DNA from: a virus | DNA length: 64,000 nucleotides | Direction: 5' to 3' (one strand) | IMG/VR virus record: IMGVR_UViG_3300012665_000356 | Location: 14,232-78,231 of that record | In this document: positions 49,393 to 56,910 of the stretch, in pieces | Position numbering within the stretch: the stretch's first letter is position 1 | Layout: every line of letters begins with the position of its first letter | The notes under the pieces: generated by a model | The model's input: only the letters and a program-made list of their open reading frames with translations | What the model was told of the DNA's origin: nothing | Databases searched by the model: none | Made by a program: the position numbers and the translations under genes

Positions 49393-50262
49393 TTACTCTG
49401 ATAAAGTTTTGCGGATATCCCATTCTCCGCCCATCTTTTCATAGGTAGCTGCGGCAAATGCTTGTGCTTTAATAGATTCGTTAAATTTGCTAGCCCCAAC
49501 TCTGTTAGCCCATGTCCATAATGTTTTGTCTACTGGATCAATCTGCATTGCTCCTTGACTTTCAGCAACAATTTTTAAACAACGTCTAAATGTCAATCTA
49601 TCTTCGCTTTCTTTAACAGCTTTTTTCTTAGCAAAAGGATTTACACCCTTCTTAGGAGCAGCACCTTTCTTAGCAGCTGGTGCGCCTTTCTTCTTGTCAG
49701 CGACAGCTTTTTTCATTGGCTCTTTCTTGTCACCGTCTTTGTCCATGTCTAGGAAGTCTGGCTTAGCACCTTCTTCCATTTTCTTTTCTTTCTTTTTCTT
49801 AGCCATAGCTATAGCAGCCTGCTGTTTAGCGTTGGCAGCTTCTTTAACATTTTTCTTTTTGTCTTTTGACTTATCGTCGTCAGCATCAGCATCAGGATCT
49901 GTGTCTTTATCGCTAGATCCACCGTAGCTGCCAGGACCTGCTTTGTGTGTGATACCTGTTTTAGTTTTAGTAACAGTACCGCCTTTGGCAGTTTTCTTTG
50001 TGTCGCCAACTTTCATTTCTTCTTTGACTGCCTTAGCAGCTTTTTTCATTGGCTCTTTTTTGTCACCATCTTTGTCAACATCTAAAAAGTCAGGTTTTGC
50101 TTTTTTAGATTCTGATAAAATAGTTGATACGCCAGCAAGTACACGGATTTCAGCATCTTCTGATAGCTGAATCTTTGGCGTTGCGGCTTCAGTTATCGTA
50201 GCTGCTTTTTTAGCAGGTGTCTCGAAACTTGCAATTTTAGATACTAGTGCTTTGAAATCCAT
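49393..50262 (-). CDS. Lys-rich putative head-internal/core protein with duplicated DxDxDG motif
   Basis: Probable start MDFKAL at 50262 after AAGGA; two copies of AKPDFLD[VM]DKDGDKKEPMKKA. Confidence 0.55.
   Translation of the reverse strand: MDFKALVSKIASFETPAKKAATITEAATPKIQLSEDAEIRVLAGVSTILSESKKAKPDFLDVDKDGDKKEPMKKAAKAVKEEMKVGDTKKTAKGGTVTKTKTGITHKAGPGSYGGSSDKDTDPDADADDDKSKDKKKNVKEAANAKQQAAIAMAKKKKEKKMEEGAKPDFLDMDKDGDKKEPMKKAVADKKKGAPAAKKGAAPKKGVNPFAKKKAVKESEDRLTFRRCLKIVAESQGAMQIDPVDKTLWTWANRVGASKFNESIKAQAFAAATYEKMGGEWDIRKTLSE
49705..50100 (-). repeat. Two 63-nt coding repeats (49705-49767 and 50038-50100)
   Basis: Both encode AKPDFLD[MV]DKDGDKKEPMKKA, with synonymous divergence. Confidence 0.8.
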
Positions 50263-50266
50263 GATA

Positions 50267-50605
50267 TTATCCTTGGGTTTTATAATTTTTCCATTGTTCC
50301 AGAAGTTGATTTTCGACTTCTTTCTTTGTTGATTCGTTAAAATCAAGATCCTGTTCGTTTGAATCTACTTCTTGTTCGGGTTCAAACTTTTTGTGATATT
50401 CCATATAATGTCCAACAGAATCTAAATAGTCGGCTGCTTTTGTAATCTTAGCAGCGACCCATCCTTCTAGGTTGTCACCTGGCTGAATCATATGGAAGAG
50501 TTTAATGGCGTATTCAGCAGCTTTGTAAAGCTCTGCTTTGGCCATAGAAGCTTCGTGATCGTGTTGACCATGATTATCAGCATTTTCTTTGAATATCTTT
50601 TTCAT
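50267..50605 (-). CDS. Hypothetical (putative head) protein
   Basis: DHEASMAKAEL..LEGWVAAKITKAADYL; TAAATA 5 nt upstream (50616-50611). Confidence 0.55.
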   Translation of the reverse strand: MKKIFKENADNHGQHDHEASMAKAELYKAAEYAIKLFHMIQPGDNLEGWVAAKITKAADYLDSVGHYMEYHKKFEPEQEVDSNEQDLDFNESTKKEVENQLLEQWKNYKTQG

Positions 50606-50613
50606 AGTAGTAT

Positions 50614-50874
50614 TTATCTTTTGATAGCAGACCCGCTTCCAAATATATTGGTACTTATATCCAGTGCGTTTTTAGCAGTGCCGTCTGAGTTTTTAATTTG
50701 TTTAGCTTTAGGTACATTTGGGGCTTTTGTGCCAGATTTACCAGGAGTTCCTGTAAAACTCTTTTTGCTGCGGTCTTTGCCAATAGCAACATGAGGACTT
50801 ACTACAGTGGCAATATTTCCTGCGCTGGTAGCTCCTGCTGTTGCTGTTTCATTAATAATTTCTGATATTTTCAT
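50614..50874 (-). CDS. Hypothetical (putative head-internal) protein
   Basis: MKISEIINE leader followed by TATAGATSAGNIATV. Confidence 0.55.
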   Translation of the reverse strand: MKISEIINETATAGATSAGNIATVVSPHVAIGKDRSKKSFTGTPGKSGTKAPNVPKAKQIKNSDGTAKNALDISTNIFGSGSAIKR

Positions 50875-51056
50875 TTTATTTCTCTTAGATTGTTAACTAA
50901 TGCTGTTTTACCGTACTGTGCTCTTAACAATCTTCTAGCCATTTCTTTATTTTTAGCGGTTACAGTAGTGTCAATCATTTGGCTGTACCCGGGTTGTTTT
51001 ACCTTTACACGAGCTGCAAATAACTGATATTGACTTAAAAGTTCTTGTAGCTTCAT
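50871..51056 (-). CDS. Hypothetical protein
   Basis: 61 aa; MKLQELL leader. Confidence 0.55.
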   Translation of the reverse strand: MKLQELLSQYQLFAARVKVKQPGYSQMIDTTVTAKNKEMARRLLRAQYGKTALVNNLREIK

Positions 51057-52702
51057 TTCTTTTTACCCTGTCTCATATTTATCTGCCAATGAGCTAGTTG
51101 TTTTTTGCGGGGGCTAGCTGAATCGCTGCTACGAATTTTTTTTAACTGAGCTATACTCATGCCCTTACTAATGCCGTGACGCTTGCTGTCGCCTTTGTCC
51201 TGAGGGTTACGTCCATCAGCAAAGTTTTCTTCTACTGGAGGACGATCAAATATTTGAGGGTTTTGATCATTAAAATGTCTCATGATCTTACCAGCCATTA
51301 TGTGTGCTTCGTTCTCGTCTGGACTTCCGGTTTCTCCGCTGTCTTGATCTAATTCGTTGTTTATCAATTGCTTGTAGTGTACTAGTTCGTGTGCTAGAGT
51401 TCTAAGAATATCGCCTGGGTGTCTATTTTTAGTTCCTAGATATATTCTTTCTTCACTGTGATTAAACATGCCAAATGACGGATGATCGCCCCCACCAACT
51501 TTACTAACCAATCTAATCTTAGGCAAATTGTTAATACCTAGATTTTTCATAGCAACAGGTAAGAATTTTTTTATAATTCCTGTTAATTCATCACGATCAA
51601 CACTGTCGTTGGTTGTTTCGCCTACGTTATATGTAGGATCAACTTTTTGTCGTTTCATTCCTCTAGGCTGATTAGGATCAACAGGGTCAATATCAGTTGT
51701 AGAAAGTCCTGTCTTTTTCAAAGCATCGATATACTTGTGTTCTTCTTCTTCGCTGCCAAACGAGAAAATAGTACTTGGAGGACCTTTGCCAAAGTCGTGT
51801 TTTCCTAAGCCTTTCATATTGCTAATATGTTGCCCTAGTTTGTACCAGTCATAAACATCACTTACATCTACACGTACTGTGCCAGCCGGCATTGTAGGTT
51901 TAGTTTCTGGGCCAGGGGGAGGATCATTAATGTCATAATCTTCACCAACACCACCGTCGCCAACCCCACCACCGTCACCGCCGCTGTAACCAGCAGCATA
52001 CCCGTACCCGCCATACGGTCCAGGGCCGTAAGCAGCGTGTCGAGCTTTTTTACGTTTCTTTTTTCTAGATTCTTCTATGTCTTTGTCACCGCTGCTGTGT
52101 ACAGCAATCATTTTACCGCGGTCTAAACTTGATAATTTTTGCGGTTCGTGTTTTTCATCACCGCCACCTACTCGTCTAGCACGATTTAAACCATCAATTA
52201 TTTTTTTAAGACTGTCTTCGTCTGCTTGGTATTTGATACCAATGCCACCTGCTGCTTCCCATGCTGATATATTACTGCCACGATCATCAATTAACACATT
52301 AGGCATACCGTTAGCATTCTTAGCATATTTGGCTTTGTTGGCAACAATATAGATATTCTTTGGAGGAATACTTAAATGTTTGTTAATCCAAACTTTTTTA
52401 TAATGAGCAGACCCTTCGTGGTCACCTCGCAATGGACTAGAACAAATATTATAAGAATCAGCAGACTGAACTACTATTTCTAATAGTTTATCTGCGGTAG
52501 GAAATTTAGGTAACCTAGCAAAAAAATCAGTGCCGACCATTTTGTCAAGTGTTGGATCAGTCTTAGCTGGCGGAATATCTCTATAGTTGCCGCTTTTGAT
52601 GCCCGCAAGTTTAGCGTACTCTGTAAAAAAGTCTGCTAGAACTCCGTCCATATCAACATAGACTTCCATACCTTCAGGCAATTTTAAATCAGTTGCTTTC
52701 AT
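51053..52702 (-). CDS. Multimodular protein: HAD 5'(3')-nucleotidase-like domain, HExxH zincin-like domain and small modules
   Basis: VYVDMDGVLADF..LIDDRGSN (HAD); RTLAHELVHYKQ..ENEA; start probably MKATD at 52702. Confidence 0.75.
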   Translation of the reverse strand: MKATDLKLPEGMEVYVDMDGVLADFFTEYAKLAGIKSGNYRDIPPAKTDPTLDKMVGTDFFARLPKFPTADKLLEIVVQSADSYNICSSPLRGDHEGSAHYKKVWINKHLSIPPKNIYIVANKAKYAKNANGMPNVLIDDRGSNISAWEAAGGIGIKYQADEDSLKKIIDGLNRARRVGGGDEKHEPQKLSSLDRGKMIAVHSSGDKDIEESRKKKRKKARHAAYGPGPYGGYGYAAGYSGGDGGGVGDGGVGEDYDINDPPPGPETKPTMPAGTVRVDVSDVYDWYKLGQHISNMKGLGKHDFGKGPPSTIFSFGSEEEEHKYIDALKKTGLSTTDIDPVDPNQPRGMKRQKVDPTYNVGETTNDSVDRDELTGIIKKFLPVAMKNLGINNLPKIRLVSKVGGGDHPSFGMFNHSEERIYLGTKNRHPGDILRTLAHELVHYKQLINNELDQDSGETGSPDENEAHIMAGKIMRHFNDQNPQIFDRPPVEENFADGRNPQDKGDSKRHGISKGMSIAQLKKIRSSDSASPRKKQLAHWQINMRQGKKK

Positions 52703-52776
52703 TAGTGTTGTCCGTAGGGATTTAAAGGACGATCCTCTTCGCCTTGCTGCGTTGGATAAACAGGATATTGGTTCAT
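52702..52776 (-). CDS. 24-aa micro-ORF coupled to both neighbours
   Basis: [24 protein letters not shown]; ATGA overlap with the erpA stop and TAATG overlap with the next start. Confidence 0.5.
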   Translation of the reverse strand: MNQYPVYPTQQGEEDRPLNPYGQH

Positions 52777-53099
52777 ACTGAAAAACTACTCCCACAGCCG
52801 CATGTAGATTGAGCATTAGGATTTTTAATTAAAAACTGACTACCTTGTAAATCTTCCTTGTAGTCAATTTCAGCATCATTCATGTATGTCATGCTCATAG
52901 AATCAATTAACACAACATGGTTTTGATCTAAAGGAATTTCCCAATCATCTTCGTTACGTTCTTCGTCAAAGGTAAACCCATACTGGAAACCTGAGCAACC
53001 ACCGCCTTGAACAAATGTTCTTAACATTAGTCCTGGATTATTTTCCTCTGCTAATAGATCTAAAATTTTTATTTTTGCTGCTGCTGTTATCTCAACCAT
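52773..53099 (-). CDS. erpA: A-type Fe-S carrier (ErpA/IscA)
   Basis: [27 protein letters not shown]. Confidence 0.92.
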   Translation of the reverse strand: MVEITAAAKIKILDLLAEENNPGLMLRTFVQGGGCSGFQYGFTFDEERNEDDWEIPLDQNHVVLIDSMSMTYMNDAEIDYKEDLQGSQFLIKNPNAQSTCGCGSSFSV

Positions 53100-53317
53100 T
53101 TATTATCTCCAACTGGTTTTTCACCAGTCATGTAAGGCAAACTAAACCATAATTGAAACCATTCCGGAGTCCCGGGTTTGATTTTATGTTTTTTCATCAG
53201 TTCCCCTTTCTCGTTGCCAGTTAAACTGATATTGCTACCTTGTTCAATGGTATATGGAGTATACCCTTTGAACTGATTAATACCAGCTAACTTTTTTAAT
53301 TCACTTATCGGATCCAT
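53087..53317 (-). CDS. Hypothetical protein
   Basis: ELKKLAGI; [13 protein letters not shown]. Confidence 0.55.
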   Translation of the reverse strand: MDPISELKKLAGINQFKGYTPYTIEQGSNISLTGNEKGELMKKHKIKPGTPEWFQLWFSLPYMTGEKPVGDNKWLR

Positions 53318-54374
53318 CGGCTTTTTTGTGGCTCTTATAGCCTTTGTTTTTCATTGACCATGCTAGGGCAAAAGGATTGTCAATGTCTTTATTTTTTTTC
53401 ATAGCTTTAACTGTGCCTTTAAATCCAGGCGGCGCCTTTTCACCTAGTGCGCCTTTAACATCGCCTTTGACTAATTTCTTTAATGGTCCGCCTATGTCTT
53501 TGGCAATCTTTTGACCTAATGTTTTTGGCTCAGCAGCTTTTTTTGCTAACTTTTTTTCAGCACGATCAGCACGGACATTAATTTCTGCTTCACGAGATTT
53601 TGCCATAGCGTCTTTATATGCCTGACTTGTTTCGGCAATGCTTTCTGTAGCTGGTTCACCGGTAACAAACACCTGCCATTTTTTGCCAGTAGCCGCAGAC
53701 TTTTGTTGCGCCCAGTTTTGTAACTGACGAAAATGATCTCTTTCTTTGTAGTCGTCGGCATATTGACCACGGCCTTTGAATACTTTCCATAGTTTGCCGT
53801 TAATATACACAGCAAAGTTATTAGGGGGTTCTGTATTGCCTTCGTCCCAATCTTCCGGATCTCTTACTTCGTCAAGTCCAAACCCGCCGTGAAGTTCGCT
53901 GGTAATTTCTTCCCATGTACTACCGTATTCTGTTTTAATATCGCCAAGAATATCTTGAACAATCTCTTTCATGCTAGTAGAGTCGGCGTAAGAATTATTT
54001 GAGTCGTTGTAATCTTCGTATTCAAGATCTATCTTACCAGTGTTAAGATTTGCGACAAAATTAAAATACCCTGATGATTCGCCACCGTCTTGATCTGCGT
54101 ATCCGCCTTCGATGTCTTCACCGTGTACTAATACACCTTCGTTGGTATTTTCAACAAAGATGTTATCATAATACTTTAAATTTAATTCTTCTTTGCCTTT
54201 CAACCAGTCAGCATTTTCTGCTATCTCTTTATTCTTGTGTTTAACATCGCCTTGTTTCTGTGCTTTCTTTTTGTCTTTGTGCGCACCAGCGCCGCCCATC
54301 TTAGCATTTTTAGCAACAAAGTTGCGTGGCTTTGGCGGTTCTTTCTTTTCTAAAATAATATCTTTGATTTTCAT
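53301..54374 (-). CDS. Multimodular putative head-internal protein
   Basis: MKIKDIILE leader; alternating basic and acidic modules separated by xxE junctions. Confidence 0.55.
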   Translation of the reverse strand: MKIKDIILEKKEPPKPRNFVAKNAKMGGAGAHKDKKKAQKQGDVKHKNKEIAENADWLKGKEELNLKYYDNIFVENTNEGVLVHGEDIEGGYADQDGGESSGYFNFVANLNTGKIDLEYEDYNDSNNSYADSTSMKEIVQDILGDIKTEYGSTWEEITSELHGGFGLDEVRDPEDWDEGNTEPPNNFAVYINGKLWKVFKGRGQYADDYKERDHFRQLQNWAQQKSAATGKKWQVFVTGEPATESIAETSQAYKDAMAKSREAEINVRADRAEKKLAKKAAEPKTLGQKIAKDIGGPLKKLVKGDVKGALGEKAPPGFKGTVKAMKKNKDIDNPFALAWSMKNKGYKSHKKADGSDK

Positions 54375-55273
54375 ATTCTTTCAATACCTCTAGATTTTAT
54401 TCCGCCCTTGGCTCTTACTTTTTTTAATTCGTCGAGACCGTGACGTATTTGATTAATGTTCATAGTGAGTTCTTCAAAATGTTTGGAAATTAAATCCCAT
54501 TCACCGGCAGATGCTCCTTGTGCTCTAGCAGCTAGATCTTTTAATTGATTGGCTGCTCGCATCATTCTGTATTGTAATTTTGCTGGATTGCCGCCTGCTC
54601 CGTAAATCATAGGATTCATCGGCTCGCTAGGATCCATTTCAATTGGGGATTCTTTTACTTGATCGTTAGTAGAATCTTTTTCAATCCATGGGTCAAGTCC
54701 TTGACGAACAGCTGAAAATACTGCCTGGGCATTATTTTGTAAACCAATAGCAAGACCTGATTTAAATTTTTCAAAATCGTTATCGATAGCAGCCTGTCGC
54801 ATTTTACTGCCGCTCATACCTTCAACACCTTCTCCGTCTGGGTCTCTAAACCCACTAGATTTTATTTCAATTGATTCGATATTATAGTCAATGCCATTTT
54901 GACCATTTAACAATTGTGTAAAATCAGCAACACGATCTGAACCACATACTAAAGTCACATTCTGATAACCTTGATTTTCTAAATGTTTCATCATCTCTAT
55001 GACTGTTTTAACTGATGTGTCACCTATGTTAACATTAGAAAATGCCTGCTGTATAAAACCTAATTTAATATCGAATGGCAATGGGTTTTCGTATCTTGTT
55101 TTGTTTTTACCAGTGGACTTGTGTGTGTGCGACACAAATAAGAAATGAGCATCCGCTGGTTGTTTTAGTAAAGCTTCAATTAGTTTTCCATGACCAATCG
55201 TAGGAGGGTTTAATCTGCCAAACGCAACAGCTACCGTCTTGCCCGATTGTTCAAATAGTTCTAGAAGCTTCAT
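54371..55273 (-). CDS. HxGH-superfamily nucleotidyltransferase (cytidyltransferase-like) plus C-terminal module
   Basis: AFGRLNPPTIGHGKL, NPL, VCGSDR, MSGSKMR. Confidence 0.8.
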   Translation of the reverse strand: MKLLELFEQSGKTVAVAFGRLNPPTIGHGKLIEALLKQPADAHFLFVSHTHKSTGKNKTRYENPLPFDIKLGFIQQAFSNVNIGDTSVKTVIEMMKHLENQGYQNVTLVCGSDRVADFTQLLNGQNGIDYNIESIEIKSSGFRDPDGEGVEGMSGSKMRQAAIDNDFEKFKSGLAIGLQNNAQAVFSAVRQGLDPWIEKDSTNDQVKESPIEMDPSEPMNPMIYGAGGNPAKLQYRMMRAANQLKDLAARAQGASAGEWDLISKHFEELTMNINQIRHGLDELKKVRAKGGIKSRGIERI

Positions 55274-55617
55274 CGATCATACTCTCCGGACTCGATGTGG
55301 CCTTTTTGTTCTTCAGCAAATCTTTTAGCAATGTTAGTAAATGTTTCGTCGCTAAAGATTTCATTCTTGATGTCATCAAGATCGTATTCTTTTACATATA
55401 ATTCGGCACAGTGTTTTACAGGCTTAAGATAGTGTTTATAAAAATCTGGGCTGTGTATGTGTTCAGACTGCTGTTTAACAACTGGGAAGAAAAATTTAGA
55501 TAACAGTTCGTTATCGTTATCGATATAAAACTTTAAATCGCCAGCATAATCTATATCCTGACTTAGACGTTTGTCTTTAGTATCGGCGGGAATGTCGAAT
55601 AATTCAAGTAATCTCAT
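55270..55617 (-). CDS. Hypothetical protein
   Basis: 115 aa; MRLLELFD leader. Confidence 0.55.
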   Translation of the reverse strand: MRLLELFDIPADTKDKRLSQDIDYAGDLKFYIDNDNELLSKFFFPVVKQQSEHIHSPDFYKHYLKPVKHCAELYVKEYDLDDIKNEIFSDETFTNIAKRFAEEQKGHIESGEYDR

Positions 55618-55856
55618 TATTTCTTTCTACCCCAATAAGAAAAGGCTTCAAACACGCCAAGTGTTTGTGCTTCACGTTCTAGGTCTGCTTTTCGTTGATC
55701 GATAGCCGCTGATATTTCTGGATCGTCGGCAGCAACTGGGTCTGCTTCTAAATCAGCAAGGGCTTGCTTTTTGGCTGCGTAGTCACCCTTAGGATCCTTA
55801 GGGTTTAACGCTGTTTCTGTTACTGGTTTGTATAATTTGTTAAGAATATCACGCAT
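55617..55856 (-). CDS. Hypothetical protein
   Basis: 79 aa; AGGA SD; TAAATA at 55887-55882. Confidence 0.55.
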   Translation of the reverse strand: MRDILNKLYKPVTETALNPKDPKGDYAAKKQALADLEADPVAADDPEISAAIDQRKADLEREAQTLGVFEAFSYWGRKK

Positions 55857-55901
55857 AGTATGTTCCTGCTAGGGCATACTATATTTAGCTAGGTTTTATG
55901 C

Positions 55902-56237
55902 TTAGTGATTATAACGAATTTCGCGGATTGCGCCTTCTTCTACAGTACCTACAACACGGAGCCATACAAAATTGCCGGTTATATTTTGATAATACGCAGA
56001 CTGCGCAAATACTGTGCTGTCGCCGCCTAATTCGTAGACTGTAAACCAATCTGACTCACCGGGATTAACAGAAAGAGTTGCTTGTAAGGTAACTGTTCCT
56101 TTAAACGCATCAAAAAGAAACACAACGGTGTGTAACCCGTCGCCTAGATTATAGTAACCGTCACCTTTTTGCTTTTCGCTGGTGAAATCGCCTACTGCGG
56201 TTGTTTGAGGTAATAATTGTACACTGTTTGCTGGCAT
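55902..56237 (-). CDS. Small beta-rich putative virion protein
   Basis: KGDGYY..GLHTV..GNFVWLR; TAAATA 5 nt upstream (56248-56243). Confidence 0.5.
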   Translation of the reverse strand: MPANSVQLLPQTTAVGDFTSEKQKGDGYYNLGDGLHTVVFLFDAFKGTVTLQATLSVNPGESDWFTVYELGGDSTVFAQSAYYQNITGNFVWLRVVGTVEEGAIREIRYNH

Positions 56238-56241
56238 ACTA

Positions 56242-56910
56242 TTATTTATCTACTAGTTTGTAATCGTAGACAGGGCCAACTAAATCCCCGCAACGCAGTT
56301 TTAGCATTAACAATGATTGTTCATTTTGAGCCATAATGTATCTACGATCCCAGTTCCAGTTAGTGGTAACAAACCACTGTGCTGTTGAATCAGTGATATG
56401 TAGATAATCTTGACTTTTGATCCATTTAACAATCAGTGCTTTGTTTGTCATATCGCTGCTTTTGTGCGGATGCAGAAATACTTTGTGCTGAAATTTGTTT
56501 TCTGGAAACTTTTTAACTAATATATTTTTTTTGTTAGACAACAAATCGTCAGTACCGGGAGCCGGCGAACATGTGCTGCTTATTTTTTCAGACAACACTG
56601 ATATAGCTTGAGAAAACACTACATCGGTATCTGTATAGATATCTAAGTTATTAGTTTCTATGCGAGTCTGGTATCTTTCTTTTGGTAGAGTTTCTAGAAA
56701 ATTTATCATGGTTGTGATATTTCCTTTGTTGTCCATGATATTGTGTATAAAACTACCTCGCCAACGCAATGCTCTATCGGGCGGATCTTCTAAATACTCC
56801 CGGATCTGCGTGAAATTTCTTTCACGCATCACACTGATTCCGGGAATATTATAACTTACCTTATACGGCCATTTGCCGTAAAACAATTTTTTAGTTTGTT
56901 TGTGTTTCAT
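56242..56910 (-). CDS. Hypothetical protein
   Basis: 222 aa overlapping the clpA 3' end. Confidence 0.55.
   Translation of the reverse strand: MKHKQTKKLFYGKWPYKVSYNIPGISVMRERNFTQIREYLEDPPDRALRWRGSFIHNIMDNKGNITTMINFLETLPKERYQTRIETNNLDIYTDTDVVFSQAISVLSEKISSTCSPAPGTDDLLSNKKNILVKKFPENKFQHKVFLHPHKSSDMTNKALIVKWIKSQDYLHITDSTAQWFVTTNWNWDRRYIMAQNEQSLLMLKLRCGDLVGPVYDYKLVDK

Noticed and set aside
48765-52816. N-terminally extended ORF calls (starts at 49499, 50346, 52816)
   Set aside because: They overlap upstream genes extensively; internal ATGs with an SD or stop-start coupling (49382, 50262, 52702) fit better.
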